This document shows, one piece after another, positions 45,427-56,012 of a stretch of DNA of 64,000 bases. Source of the stretch: Vulcanimicrobiota bacterium (lineage in GTDB: Bacteria; Vulcanimicrobiota; Vulcanimicrobiia; Vulcanimicrobiales; Vulcanimicrobiaceae); assembly GCA_963795855.1 (NCBI GenBank), contig CAWCIZ010000001.1, positions 256,001 through 320,000 on the forward strand, read 5' to 3'. The translations under genes and the position numbers were made by a program. A model generated the notes under the pieces. It made no database searches. It was not told the DNA's origin and saw nothing but the letters and a program-made list of their open reading frames with translations. Each line of letters opens with the position of its first letter. The first letter of the stretch is position 1.

Positions 45427-45702
45427 ATGCGTAATAGTCAAAGAATGGCACGAGCAGCACGAAGCCGTAATGGCGCGACCGAGTTGACACCGCACATCGG
45501 CGGGTCCGCAAACGCCTTCAAATTCTCCATTAACCTCTCCGCAGAAGTAGGCGGCGAACTCCGACGCACCGCATTCGACGAGCGCGTAAGTGAAAGTTCG
45601 GTCATCGAAATAGCGCTGCGTCAGTTATTTCGCCGCGTTTCACCCGACAAGCTGGGCGTCTTCTTGAAGCAGAACGGGGCATGTCTTCGGAGGCGGTCCT
45701 AG
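45427..45702 (+). CDS. Small putative ribbon-helix-helix protein (start uncertain)
   Basis: FKFSINLSAEVGGELRRTA...VSESSVIEIAL, a beta-alpha-alpha pattern. Confidence 0.55.
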   Translation: MRNSQRMARAARSRNGATELTPHIGGSANAFKFSINLSAEVGGELRRTAFDERVSESSVIEIALRQLFRRVSPDKLGVFLKQNGACLRRRS

Positions 45703-47606
45703 ACCGGCGTTTCGTCGCGCTTGCGGGATTGTTGCGCAGCGCGACCAAATCGGATCCCTCGGCGCGCGACGTCGGCGGCTTCGCCGACGCGTTGCTGCAG
45801 GCTGCACCCACGCTGTTCGCGGGCACGCTTATATTCCGTTCGCGCGAAGGCGGCAGATTCGTTTTGATTCAGCAGGCCGGCGAAGAGCGGGATCCGCCGC
45901 GAAGTTGGCTGCGTTGGCCGCTCCGTCGGCTGTTCGCGGTGCGGCGCTCCTCGATCGTTACCAACCCGCGCAGCTTACATCGGGCATTGGCCGTTCCGTT
46001 CATGGTCTCCGGCGAACGCTACGTCGTGGTAGCGACGCTGAGATCTGAACCGGTCGATTCGACCGACGGCGCATTTCTCGATGCGCTGCAAAGCGTGCCG
46101 ACGGCTTTGCCGCAGATCAGTTCAACGTATGGCACGTCCCGCTTCGTTTGGTTCGGCAGTGACGAATCGCTCGCCGCGCGTGTGGAAGCCGTTTGCGCGC
46201 AGCGCGGCTGGGATATCCATAGGGTGCCCACTTTCGGCCACTTGCTGATGCTCCTCGAAAGCGACCTCGTAGACGTTGCAGCGGTACAGGCGTCCACGCT
46301 CGCCGAGCCCCTTCACGCATTACGCGCGTTGCGCCACGCTGCAAAAATCGGCGACGCTCCGGTGCTGTACTTTACCGACGCCGATCCGGGAGCGGAAATC
46401 GGTACGCTCGTCGACGCGTGGCTGCCTTCCAATGCGAGCGACGGCGAACTGCTCAAAGCGCTAAAACGGGCGGCATCCTTGATCTCCCCAACGCGCAAAC
46501 GCGCGCTGGTCCAGCGAGCGCGCAAAATGGAGCAAGAGCTGCGCGCGTGCACGGATGAGTGCGAATTGGCTCGCGCCTGCGCACGCGCCGCGCTCACGCT
46601 CGGCGCCGAGGCGGCGTCGGTCATGCTGGTCGACGAAATTGGAAGCACGTGCGCGGCGCACGAGCCGGTCGACGACGAAACGCTGCTTGACCGCTGGCCG
46701 AACACGTTCCTGACGGGCGAACCGGTGACGCAGTCCATCTTGAATGACCGGTTCTTCGTAGAAGTGTTCGACGACGACGAATACGCCCAGCGAATCCGCA
46801 GCCAGGGTCCGGTTTCGGGCTCGGCGCTTCCGATCCGGGACGCATCGCGGACGGTCGGCACGCTGCTGGCTTTTTCGCGGACGCGCGAGATGTTCGAGCC
46901 TGAATTCACCGCTCTGAAAGTGCTTTGCAGGGTGACCGCAACGGCTTACGCGATGTTGAACGGCTCACGCCGGCAGGGATCGCCGGGCGGTGCGTTAGCG
47001 CAACGCTGGAGGCGCGTTGCGCTCGGAGACGCGCGCATCGACGTGTACGAAGGAACCCGGGGCGCCGCGCTTGGAGTTCGGGCGAGCCGAACGCTCGCGG
47101 CGATCGCTGCCGTGGAAGATGAAGATCCTGCTCGCGCGGCGTTGCACGTTCGTTCGGCATTGCAAGAAATTGCAGCGCTAGGGCAGCAAGACGTCAACGA
47201 GCAGCTCGACGTATTGCTGGAAAAATTCGACGACGGAAACCGCGGAGTATTGTTGGGCGTCTTGGATGCCGAAGGCGGTTTCACGTTTGCGTGCGCGCGC
47301 TTTCCGGCACCGCTGATCGTTCACGCGAGCGGACCGGTTCGGTCGATACGACCCGCATCGACGCGGGAATCGGGCCGCGTCCTAGTCGATCCGGGGGCGG
47401 TCACCCTCGTCTATTCGAATGAATTCGCCGCGCAGATCGAAACGGCGGAGTTTGTTTCGCACGTGCAGCACAATTTGCGGATCGGCGCGGCAAACGCCGT
47501 GCAGACCGTGCCGGATCTGGCTTCGAGCAGCGGTAAACTCGCGTTCGCGTCGATTACGATGCGGACGTATGCGGCCGACTCACGACGCTCTCAAGCGCTG
47601 ATCTGA
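45681..47606 (+). CDS. Multidomain signalling protein: receiver-like + GAF + degenerate SpoIIE/PP2C-like domain
   Basis: REC-like beta/alpha segment; GAF (ASVMLVD...ALPIR...VGTL); C-terminal FTFACARFPAPLIV...PGAVTLVYSNE. Confidence 0.6.
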   Translation: MSSEAVLDRRFVALAGLLRSATKSDPSARDVGGFADALLQAAPTLFAGTLIFRSREGGRFVLIQQAGEERDPPRSWLRWPLRRLFAVRRSSIVTNPRSLHRALAVPFMVSGERYVVVATLRSEPVDSTDGAFLDALQSVPTALPQISSTYGTSRFVWFGSDESLAARVEAVCAQRGWDIHRVPTFGHLLMLLESDLVDVAAVQASTLAEPLHALRALRHAAKIGDAPVLYFTDADPGAEIGTLVDAWLPSNASDGELLKALKRAASLISPTRKRALVQRARKMEQELRACTDECELARACARAALTLGAEAASVMLVDEIGSTCAAHEPVDDETLLDRWPNTFLTGEPVTQSILNDRFFVEVFDDDEYAQRIRSQGPVSGSALPIRDASRTVGTLLAFSRTREMFEPEFTALKVLCRVTATAYAMLNGSRRQGSPGGALAQRWRRVALGDARIDVYEGTRGAALGVRASRTLAAIAAVEDEDPARAALHVRSALQEIAALGQQDVNEQLDVLLEKFDDGNRGVLLGVLDAEGGFTFACARFPAPLIVHASGPVRSIRPASTRESGRVLVDPGAVTLVYSNEFAAQIETAEFVSHVQHNLRIGAANAVQTVPDLASSSGKLAFASITMRTYAADSRRSQALI

Positions 47607-48519
47607 TGTGCCCTTGGTCGGCCTGCAGGTGCTGCGCCTCGTTCGCATAGCGATCGGCGGTTCGTGGGTCTCCGCGATCGCGGGCCCGGCGGGACATGCG
47701 GTGAAAAAAGTCCACACGCTCTTCAAGGATACGGAGCGCCGTCCACAGCGAGTTTTCCATGGAGTCGCGCTGCGCGCTCAACATCGCGTTCGGGTTGTAG
47801 GCGTGGCCCGTACGGCACCGAAAACGCAAATCGCCGTTTTCGTCCGCTTCCCAAAGCGTTCCGCCGCAATCGGGACAGGTGAATCGGGATGGGGCGCCGA
47901 TGCTGCGCTCGTCGGGCGCGGCTTGTGAAATCGGAACTCCGCCGGCTTTTCCGACGATGTCGGCAACACTCTCGAGAATTACCATTCCGAGTTCGTCCGT
48001 GGTTGCGGTGCGCTGCACCGCATCCGCCGCAATGGCATTGCGAGGCATATCGGGAAAGAGCGCGTCGGCGGGATCCTGTGCTATCGTCATGCCGCCGGCC
48101 TTGCGAATCGAATTCATTCCGGCAACGCCGTCGTCGAGCGTGCCGGAAAGCAAAACGCCGCATGCGAGGTCTCCGAACGCGATGGCCGCGCTGCGCAGCA
48201 GAACGTCGATGGAGGGACGATGCCCGTTTTCCCGCGCGGTATCCACCACGCGCATGACGTTGCGCTCGAGGATAAGGTGAAAATTCGGCGGCGCGATGAA
48301 AATTCGGCCGGGCGTAATCGGTGCTCCGTCGATCGCGTGCGTTGCAAACAGGGCACCGCAACGCGAGAGAATATGCGGCATCGCGCTGATACCGTCCGCG
48401 GGTACGTGCGTTGCGACGAAGACCGCAGCCGGAACGTCCGCCGGCAGATCCTCAGCGATGCGTTTGAGGCCGGAGAGGGCACCCGCGGAGCCACCGATGG
48501 CGACGACGGCGAATTTCAA
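47554..48519 (-). CDS. cheB: CheB-type methylesterase with C-terminal Cys/His module
   Basis: GGSAG, THV, RPSIDVL, SGTLDDG; CPDCGG...CRTGH. Confidence 0.88.
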   Translation of the reverse strand: MKFAVVAIGGSAGALSGLKRIAEDLPADVPAAVFVATHVPADGISAMPHILSRCGALFATHAIDGAPITPGRIFIAPPNFHLILERNVMRVVDTARENGHRPSIDVLLRSAAIAFGDLACGVLLSGTLDDGVAGMNSIRKAGGMTIAQDPADALFPDMPRNAIAADAVQRTATTDELGMVILESVADIVGKAGGVPISQAAPDERSIGAPSRFTCPDCGGTLWEADENGDLRFRCRTGHAYNPNAMLSAQRDSMENSLWTALRILEERVDFFHRMSRRARDRGDPRTADRYANEAQHLQADQGHIRSALESVVSRPHTSAS

Positions 48520-48554
48520 AGAGTTTTCAATCTCTCTTCGAAGAAGAACGTCGT

Positions 48555-51089
48555 ATGGGCGAAGTACTTCCCGTACTTGAACGCATCATTGTCGTAGTCG
48601 GCGCCTCTGCGGGCGGAATCGACGCGCTGGAACGGCTCGCGACTTCTCTGCCTTCGAACTTTCCGGCGCCCATAGTCATCGCGCAGCACCTGGACCCTTC
48701 CCACGAAAGCCGCCTCGGCGAAATATTGCGCCAGCGGACCTCCATGCGTGTCGTCTCAGTGACCGGAGCGGCACCGCTCGAGGATAGCACGATCTACGTC
48801 GTACCCGCCGGGGCCGATGTCGAAATCGGCAACTCTAGGGTTTCCGTCAAGAAGCGCGCCGTGCGCGGAGCATCGGTGCCTTCCATCGACGTTTTGTTTC
48901 GCAGCGCCGCAGCGGCTTACGGCGATCGCACGATTGCCGTCATTTTGACCGGAACGGGGAGCGACGGCCTGGCCGGTGTGAGCCACGTCAAACAAGCGGG
49001 CGGAACGGTCATCATTCAAAATCCGGCAACGGCTGCGTACCCCGGGTTGCCTGGGGCCGTTCCACCTGCAAGCGTCGACTTAGTTTCCGATATCGATTCG
49101 CTGGGAGCGCTGCTCTGGTCGATCGTCACCGAAGGCGACGCATCGGCTTCGAAAATCGACGAGGAGATGCTGCGCGCATTCCTGTTGCAATTGCGCGCGC
49201 GAAGCGGCATAGATTTCACGCAATACAAGAGTCCAACCATCAAGCGTCGTCTTGCCCGTCTCATGGCTGCCGCAAGGTGCGCGTCGCTTCCCGACTACCT
49301 ACGCTATCTCAACGCGAATCCCGAGGCGTATTACCGCCTAGTGAGCTCGTTTCTCATCAAAGTGACGGGTTTCTTCCGCGATCCGGCTTTGTATGCGAAT
49401 ATGCGAGAGCACATCATTCCCGATCTCGTCGCACAAGCCCGCCGCGAACGGCGCGAGCTGCGCATCTGGTCGGCGGGATGCGCCACGGGCGAGGAAGCGT
49501 ATTCGCTTGCGATCCTGCTTTCGGAAGTGCTCGGCGATGAAATCGACGAACTCCCCATTCGGATCTTCGCAACGGACTTGGACGCTGATTCCATCGCGTT
49601 CGCGCGGCGCGGTTTATATGCACCGTCGGCGCTCACCGAACTGCCGCCGGCACTGATAGAGAAGTACTTCACGAAGGCCGACGAGTGCTATCAGGCCCGC
49701 AAGCGCATTCGTAATATGACCGTATTCGGCGCGTACGATCTGGGCCAACGCGCGCCGTTCCCGCGCATCGATCTGATCGTGTGCCGAAACGTGCTGATCT
49801 ATTTCACCAAGGAACTGCAGCAGCGCACGTTGCAGCTGTTCGCCTTTTCCTTGCGCGACGCCGGCTATTTGGTGTTGGGAAAAGCCGAAACGACCAGCCC
49901 GATGTCAAAATATTTCGCTTGCGTGCATCCGGTGCTCAAGATCTACCGCAGGCAAGGCGAACGCCTACTGATTCCGCGTCCTGCGTTCGCCGAAGGGTCG
50001 TCGGCGCAGCGGGCCACGCCGGCTTCACGAACCGCGCAGCGTTCTTTTACGCCCCAGCGCAGAAGCTCCGAATCGGCGCCCTCGCTGAACGAGCGTCTCG
50101 GCGCCCTGCTCTTTGAATCGGACCTCGGCATCGTCGTAATCGACCGCACCTACGACATTCAATCGATCAATCAGCCGGCGCGGCAAGTGCTGGGGATCCA
50201 CGGGCGCGGCATCGGTGACGACCTCATACATTCCGTAAGTGGAATCCGGGCGGCTGACATCAAAGCGCCGCTCGACGAAGCATTGCGCGGCGTAAGAGGC
50301 GCTCCGGTGGACATCGAACTGAGCGATGCGGCCCTGGACCAAGTCACCGTCGTAAGAGTCACGTGTCACCCCGATCGAAATGCCAATGACGGCTCGATCA
50401 CCGGCGTCGTGCTCCTCATTGAGGACGTTACGATGCAAACGGCGCGCTTACGGCGCGCGCAGAGCGACAACGAGGAGAACCGCAAGCAGCTGCAGCGTGT
50501 GACGGCTCAAAACCAAGAACTGGTGGATCGGCAGCGGTCGCTGGTCGATGCGAACAGAGAACTTACGGTTGCAAACAGCGAACTCAATGCGATGAGCGAA
50601 CACCTGCTCGTCGCGGCCGAAGAAGCCGAGGCTTCCGCCGAAGAAGTCGAGACGCTCAACGAAGAGATGCAAGCGACGACTGAAGAATTAGAGACGCTCA
50701 ACGAAGAGCTGCAAGCGACTATCGAGGAATTGAACACGACGAATGAGGAGCTGAGCGCTCGCGGTAAGGAGTTCGAACAGTTGGCGAGGCAGCGCAAAGT
50801 TCAGGTGGATGAAAGCGAACGCCGGCAGGACGCTTTCCGGCATGCGCTTACGGGGCCTGCGATGATCGGTGCCGTCATCGATGGTCGCGGCGTCGTCACG
50901 AATGCAACGCCGCCGTATGTGGCCAACGCTGCCGCGAACTCCGCATTGCCCGCCATAGGAGAGGCATGGAAGGAGATTCCCGAGTCGGTCATACTGACGC
51001 TCGACGGGACGCCGGGACGGTACCGCGTAAGCGTCATCGACTTGCCCGGCAGCCCTCCGGCTGAGAAGCTGATCGTCCTTTCGAATTGA
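48555..51089 (+). CDS. CheB-CheR-PAS fusion with coiled coil
   Basis: [60 protein letters not shown] coiled coil. Confidence 0.92.
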   Translation: MGEVLPVLERIIVVVGASAGGIDALERLATSLPSNFPAPIVIAQHLDPSHESRLGEILRQRTSMRVVSVTGAAPLEDSTIYVVPAGADVEIGNSRVSVKKRAVRGASVPSIDVLFRSAAAAYGDRTIAVILTGTGSDGLAGVSHVKQAGGTVIIQNPATAAYPGLPGAVPPASVDLVSDIDSLGALLWSIVTEGDASASKIDEEMLRAFLLQLRARSGIDFTQYKSPTIKRRLARLMAAARCASLPDYLRYLNANPEAYYRLVSSFLIKVTGFFRDPALYANMREHIIPDLVAQARRERRELRIWSAGCATGEEAYSLAILLSEVLGDEIDELPIRIFATDLDADSIAFARRGLYAPSALTELPPALIEKYFTKADECYQARKRIRNMTVFGAYDLGQRAPFPRIDLIVCRNVLIYFTKELQQRTLQLFAFSLRDAGYLVLGKAETTSPMSKYFACVHPVLKIYRRQGERLLIPRPAFAEGSSAQRATPASRTAQRSFTPQRRSSESAPSLNERLGALLFESDLGIVVIDRTYDIQSINQPARQVLGIHGRGIGDDLIHSVSGIRAADIKAPLDEALRGVRGAPVDIELSDAALDQVTVVRVTCHPDRNANDGSITGVVLLIEDVTMQTARLRRAQSDNEENRKQLQRVTAQNQELVDRQRSLVDANRELTVANSELNAMSEHLLVAAEEAEASAEEVETLNEEMQATTEELETLNEELQATIEELNTTNEELSARGKEFEQLARQRKVQVDESERRQDAFRHALTGPAMIGAVIDGRGVVTNATPPYVANAAANSALPAIGEAWKEIPESVILTLDGTPGRYRVSVIDLPGSPPAEKLIVLSN

Positions 51090-51120
51090 GCGCGCGTCCC
51101 GCGCCGGGTACATGGTGCGC

Positions 51121-51975
51121 ATGACGCAAATTGAGATTCCACCGCAGCATCAGAACCGGCAACCGGGCATCGAAGCGCAGATGCAGCCGAGACCACGCTA
51201 CGTTCACCCGGAACATCGTCCTTCAGAGATGCTCCGCGATCGCGTGGTCCTGATCACGGGGGGCGACTCCGGAATCGGACGCGCAGTCGCCGTTGCGGCG
51301 GCGATGGAAGGCGCGGACGTCGCGTTCACTTACTTGAACGAGTCGGACGACGCGCGCCTGACGCAACGCGAAATAGAGGCCAAGGGCCGCAGGGCGATCG
51401 CTTTTGCGGGTGACGTGGGCGACGCGCAGTTTTGCGAGCACGTCGTTTCGGAAACGGTTGGCAAGCTCGGCAGGCTGAACGGGCTGTTCAACAACGCGGG
51501 CGAGCAGCATCCCGAAAAAGATTTCACCAACCTGGACTTCGAAAATCTCGAGAAAACGTTCCGCACGAACATCTTTGCGCAATTCTACGTTACGAAACCG
51601 GCGATACCGCACCTCGAACACGGAGGCTCGATCGTCAACAATGCATCCGTGAACGCGTATCGCGGCAGCCCGAAACTCGTCGACTATTCCGCAACGAAGG
51701 GCGCGATCGTCGCGTTCACGCGGTCGCTCGCACTTTCCGTGGTCGACAAAGAGATCCGGGTGAACGCGGTGGCACCGGGGCCGATCTGGACGCCGCTTAT
51801 TCCGGCCACGTTCGCGCCGGACGAAGTCGAAAAATTTGGTCAGGACGTTCCGATGAAACGGCCGGGGCAGCCGGACGAGGTCGCGCAAGCGGTGATCTTT
51901 CTGCTTTCCCCTCGCGCGTCGTACATCACCGGCCAAACGATCCACGTGAACGGCGGCGAGATCATCAACGGTTAA
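51121..51975 (+). CDS. SDR oxidoreductase, general stress protein 39 (YdaD/YhxC/YghA-like)
   Basis: [34 protein letters not shown]. Alternative ATG at 51112. Confidence 0.9.
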   Translation: MTQIEIPPQHQNRQPGIEAQMQPRPRYVHPEHRPSEMLRDRVVLITGGDSGIGRAVAVAAAMEGADVAFTYLNESDDARLTQREIEAKGRRAIAFAGDVGDAQFCEHVVSETVGKLGRLNGLFNNAGEQHPEKDFTNLDFENLEKTFRTNIFAQFYVTKPAIPHLEHGGSIVNNASVNAYRGSPKLVDYSATKGAIVAFTRSLALSVVDKEIRVNAVAPGPIWTPLIPATFAPDEVEKFGQDVPMKRPGQPDEVAQAVIFLLSPRASYITGQTIHVNGGEIING

Positions 51976-51991
51976 GGAGCGTAAAGAAGTA

Positions 51992-52918
51992 ATGAAAGTA
52001 CAAGAAACCCGCGCGACTACATCCGCACCAAAAGTCGCGGAAAGGATTACGATCGGCGGCGACCTCACGGTGCGCCGGCTGGGCTTCGGCGGCATGCGTT
52101 TGACCGGCCCGGGCGTGTGGGGGTGGCCGGAGGATCGCGAGAATGCGTCGCGGGTGCTTCGCCGCGCGGTGCAACTCGGCGTCAATTTCATCGACACGGC
52201 CGATGCGTATGGCCCGAACGTGAACGAGGAGCAGATAGCGTCCGCACTTTATCCGTATCCGCCAAATGTGGTGATCGCCACGAAAGGCGGATCGGTTCGT
52301 CCGGGTCCCGGACAATGGGAGCGCGATTGCCGCCCGGAGCGGTTGCGCGAATGCTGTGAGGCAAGTTTGCGCCGATTGAAACTCGAGCGCATCGATCTCT
52401 ATCAATTGCATGCGGTCGATACGAAAGTGCCGTTCGACGAACAGGTCGGCGCGTTGCGCGATTTGCGCGAGGCGGGAAAGATTCGTCACGCCGGGCTTTC
52501 CAACGTCACGTTTGCGCAGTTGCGCCAAGCGCAGAAGATCGTGCCCGTCGCTTCGGTTCAGAACCGCTACAACATGGCGTATCGCAATCCCGAAGACGAG
52601 CGCATCATCGAGTATTGCGAGGAAAGCGGGATCGCGTTCATTCCATGGTTTCCGCTCGGTGCGGGCGATGAAAACATCTCGGACAACACCGAAGCGCAGA
52701 TCGTTGCCAAGGCGCATGGCGTTCGGGTGCCGCAGATCGCGCTCGCGTGGCTGCTGCACCGCTCGCCGGCGGTTCTGCCTATTCCGGGCACCTCGTCGAT
52801 CGAGCACCTCGAGCAAAACGTGGCCGCCGCAAACATCGAGTTGAACGAGGAAGATCTCGTGCGATTGGGTCTGCGCAGACCGGTGAGTACCCACCACGGA
52901 GAGCATGATGAACGATAA
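51992..52918 (+). CDS. Aldo/keto reductase
   Basis: GFGGMRL, IDTADAYG, ATKGG, IDLYQLH, GLSN, VQNRYN, PIPGT. Confidence 0.93.
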   Translation: MKVQETRATTSAPKVAERITIGGDLTVRRLGFGGMRLTGPGVWGWPEDRENASRVLRRAVQLGVNFIDTADAYGPNVNEEQIASALYPYPPNVVIATKGGSVRPGPGQWERDCRPERLRECCEASLRRLKLERIDLYQLHAVDTKVPFDEQVGALRDLREAGKIRHAGLSNVTFAQLRQAQKIVPVASVQNRYNMAYRNPEDERIIEYCEESGIAFIPWFPLGAGDENISDNTEAQIVAKAHGVRVPQIALAWLLHRSPAVLPIPGTSSIEHLEQNVAAANIELNEEDLVRLGLRRPVSTHHGEHDER

Positions 52919-53151
52919 GTCGATTCACGAACATGTCGAGCAGCTCGTCGCCGAAGAGCATCGCCTCTACGAGCTGAGCGACGAGCGAGCGCTGTCCCAA
53001 GAAGAACGCAAACGCTTGGACGAGGTCAACGTGCAGGCTCGATCGTTACTACGATCTCCTGCGCCAGCGGCGAGCGAAGCGTGAATTCGGCGAAAATCCG
53101 AACCGCGCGCACATGCGGTCCGGAGAGACGGTCGAGAATTACGTTGAATAG
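52905..53151 (+). CDS. DUF2630 family protein (one indel near 53035; absent from ORF track)
   Basis: Manual translation MNDKSIHEHVEQLVAEEHRLY...DRYYDLLRQRRAKREFGENP...VENYVE. Confidence 0.8.
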
Positions 53152-53596
53152 CAAAACGCTCGTCTACGGGCTTGCCGCCGGCGCGGCGGGAACCGCGGTA
53201 CTGAACGCGAGCACGTACGCCGACATGGCGATTCGCGTGCGCCCGCCGAGCAAAGTCCCCAGGCGCGTCGTGAAGGAGTTCGCGCGTTGGACGGGCGTAC
53301 GGCGGTTGCCGCGCGAGCGCGCGACCGGTTTGAGTATGCTGCTCGGTTATGCCGACGGTTTCGGAACCGGCGTGCTGTTCGGCGTGCTCCGGCCGCGCAT
53401 GCGCCGCGTGCGGTGGTACGTCGCCGGCGCCGGCCTCGCTGCATTTACGCTGCTTCTGAGTGAAGGCACCGCGACGGCGATGCACAAGACGGATCCGCGT
53501 CAGTGGGGCATTTCGGGATGGATGATGGATTTGCTCCCACGCGCTTTATACGGGTGCGTGACGTGTTTGGTCTACGACGCGCTGACCGAAACTTAG
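53144..53596 (+). CDS. Hypothetical membrane protein
   Basis: GLAAGAAGTAVLNASTYADMAIRVRPPS; several TM helices; TTG start overlaps the DUF2630 end. Confidence 0.7.
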   Translation: MNSKTLVYGLAAGAAGTAVLNASTYADMAIRVRPPSKVPRRVVKEFARWTGVRRLPRERATGLSMLLGYADGFGTGVLFGVLRPRMRRVRWYVAGAGLAAFTLLLSEGTATAMHKTDPRQWGISGWMMDLLPRALYGCVTCLVYDALTET

Positions 53597-53615
53597 GAAA
53601 ACGCGTTCGACGCCG

Positions 53616-54668
53616 CTATTTCGTGCGGAAGAGTTCCTCTCCGAGCGGTGCAAAGGACGTCGTCGAATGCTGCGCCGCCGCGGCCGCGGTGTGCGGGCTG
53701 CCCAAGCGTAGACGGCGATTGCGGAAGTCGATGGATCGGACGGTCACCTCGATGGGTTCACCGATTTCGTAATCTTCGGGATTCACTTCACGATCGCTGA
53801 TGCTGCCGGTAACGCCGGGCGCGATCTCGACGTCCAGGCGGCGATCCTTGCCGATCACTTTGCCTTCGACGGTCTTGCCTTGTTTGAGCATCTCCGCATG
53901 TTCGCGCCAGGGATCGCTGAGCGCGCCCTTGCGCGACGCGGCGATTTTCTTGCCGTTCTGCTCGACGCGAAGAATGCGAACGGTGAGTTTTTCTCCCACG
54001 TGCACGACGTCGGCGGGTTTCTCGACGCGCTCGAACGCAAGTTCGCTCACCGGAACGAGAGCGTCGACGCCGGAACCGAGATCCACGAACGCCCCGAAGT
54101 CGGTGAGCCGTACGACGGTCGATTCGCGCTGTTCGCCGACTTTGAGTGCGCGAATCAATTCCTGACGATCGCCGCGACGCTGCTCCGCGAGCGCTCGACG
54201 ATGCGAAACGACGACGCGTTTGCGCGCTTCGTCGACGTCGAGCACTTTCAGCGGCACCGTCTCCTTGACCAAGCTCTCGAGCGGCGTACCTTTGGGCACT
54301 CCGGTTTGCGACGCCGGCAAAAATCCGCGATATCCCCAGATATCCACAAGCAGACCGCCCTTTACGGGTGTCTTGACCACGCCTTCCACGGTTTCGCCGC
54401 TTCCCTTCGCATCCACCAGCCGCTGCCAATTCGCCTGCGCTGCCTTGCGGCGCTCGTCCGCGGCATGCTGCTTCTCTTCGTCGGGCGCTTGTAGAGGAGG
54501 CTGCTCTTGCTGCTGCGCTTGTGCGGGAGGCTGCTCTTGCTGCTGCGCTTGTGCGGGAGGCTGCTCTTGCTGCTGCGCTTGTGCGGGAGGCTGCTCTTGC
54601 TGCTGCGCTTGTACGGGAGGCTGCTCTTGCTGTTCGGTGGGTTGCTCGTTCACTAGGTCTTCGTTCAT
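53616..54668 (-). CDS. S1 RNA-binding domain protein (short RpsA-like) with N-terminal QQQEQPPAQA repeats
   Basis: VKGGLLVDI.GYRGFLPASQ, LTDFGAFVDLG.GVDALVPVSEL; about 3 S1 domains. Confidence 0.85.
   Translation of the reverse strand: MNEDLVNEQPTEQQEQPPVQAQQQEQPPAQAQQQEQPPAQAQQQEQPPAQAQQQEQPPLQAPDEEKQHAADERRKAAQANWQRLVDAKGSGETVEGVVKTPVKGGLLVDIWGYRGFLPASQTGVPKGTPLESLVKETVPLKVLDVDEARKRVVVSHRRALAEQRRGDRQELIRALKVGEQRESTVVRLTDFGAFVDLGSGVDALVPVSELAFERVEKPADVVHVGEKLTVRILRVEQNGKKIAASRKGALSDPWREHAEMLKQGKTVEGKVIGKDRRLDVEIAPGVTGSISDREVNPEDYEIGEPIEVTVRSIDFRNRRLRLGSPHTAAAAAQHSTTSFAPLGEELFRTK
54485..54632 (-). repeat. 30-bp coding tandem repeat, about 5 copies
   Basis: GCGCTTGTGCGGGAGGCTGCTCTTGCTGCT units (plus strand), near-identical, no spacers. 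Confidence 0.95.
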
Positions 54669-54698
54669 GGTGGGCCGTGCGGTCTTCGCCGCCTTTCT

Positions 54699-55913
54699 TC
54701 AAAGCACTTGCTTGAGGTACGAGATTGTGGCGCCCGTCACGACTGCGAAGACGATCCATCCTGCGGCTTGCAGCCACAGCGGGGGACGAAAGCTTCCCAT
54801 CAGCGTTCTGCTGCTTGCGGCGAGCAATACGAAAAACAACGTGATCGGCGTCGCGAGGCCGCCGGCGATCGACGCGGCGAACAAGAGCCGTATCGGCTGC
54901 ACGCCGATGAACGAAATGCCTATCGCGATTACGAGCGTCGCAATGACGACCCCGTAGAAAAAAGGCGCCTGTTGAAACTTTGCGTCGATGCCTTTTCGGC
55001 GTCCGAACATTTCGGCCGCAACGTACGCGCTCGTTCCCGCAAGAACGGGAAGCGCGATCAGGCTCGAGCCCAGTAAACCGATTCCGAACAACAGCGACGC
55101 CCACCGTCCGGCAAGCGGCCTGAGCGCGTTTGCGGCATCCTGCGCCGTTTGCACCTCGTGATGACGCACGCCGAGCGTCGCGCCCGTTGCAACCAGGATG
55201 AACCAAAATACGCACCCTGCAATAACCGTTCCAATCGCAGCGTCGGCTTGGACCAGACCGAGGTTTTGCAGTTTCGGGCGCTCTTCCGACATCTCGATCG
55301 TTTCCCAAACGTACGCGTACGCCGTGAGCGTCGTTCCGAGCAGCGCGATGACGCCCGCGGAAAATGCGCGGTCGAGCCGCATATGTGGAACCAGCGTGTG
55401 GTAGAGCACGTCGTGCCAGCGAGGATGCGCCATGAACGACGCGGCCGCATATGCCAGGAACACGAGTGGAATGTAGATCAAAAAGCGCTGGACCGCGCGA
55501 TAATTCGCAAATGTCAGCATCGCCGCGGTCAGCGCCGCGAGCGGTACGACGAACCAGCGGTAATCGAACCCCGAAAGCAGTTGGAGCGCCGCGGCTCCGC
55601 CTTCGATATCCGCGGCGAGCGTGAGTTGGTTCACGATGAACACCGCAAAGAGCACGATTATTGCGACGACCTTGCCGTAGCGGCTCTTCACGATCGTTTC
55701 CAAACCTTCGCCGCAGACCGCGCCGACGCGCCCGCTGATCGCCTGTACCGCCGCGAGCATTGGGATGATCAAAATCACCAGCCACCCGAGCGCGTAGACG
55801 GTTGTGCTCCCGATCACCGCGAGCGTTGCGACGGTTGTCGGATCGTTGTCGGAGGCACCGGAAATAATGCCCGGGCCGAGCAGTCGCCACCACTGCTCTC
55901 GGCGATTTTTCAT
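54699..55913 (-). CDS. NRAMP-family divalent metal transporter
   Basis: GPGIISGASDNDP, LGTT...Y.WE, multiple TM helices. Confidence 0.88.
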   Translation of the reverse strand: MKNRREQWWRLLGPGIISGASDNDPTTVATLAVIGSTTVYALGWLVILIIPMLAAVQAISGRVGAVCGEGLETIVKSRYGKVVAIIVLFAVFIVNQLTLAADIEGGAAALQLLSGFDYRWFVVPLAALTAAMLTFANYRAVQRFLIYIPLVFLAYAAASFMAHPRWHDVLYHTLVPHMRLDRAFSAGVIALLGTTLTAYAYVWETIEMSEERPKLQNLGLVQADAAIGTVIAGCVFWFILVATGATLGVRHHEVQTAQDAANALRPLAGRWASLLFGIGLLGSSLIALPVLAGTSAYVAAEMFGRRKGIDAKFQQAPFFYGVVIATLVIAIGISFIGVQPIRLLFAASIAGGLATPITLFFVLLAASSRTLMGSFRPPLWLQAAGWIVFAVVTGATISYLKQVL

Positions 55914-56012
55914 CTACCGCGCTCCTTACCCCGATAACGGCGAGAACCGCTACTCAAGCTTTACGCCGCGGCGGTAACGAATTTCAAACCGCTGACGATT
56001 GTATAAAGAGGA

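Noticed and set aside
54485..54632. Possible CRISPR array
   Set aside because: Contiguous 30-bp units without spacers, in frame within a CDS, and no cas genes.
53788..55893. Long alternative-frame or antisense ORFs (701 aa here; also 31596-33323 and 37603-38934)
   Set aside because: Arg/Ala-rich shadow ORFs typical of high-GC DNA, overlapping well-supported genes.
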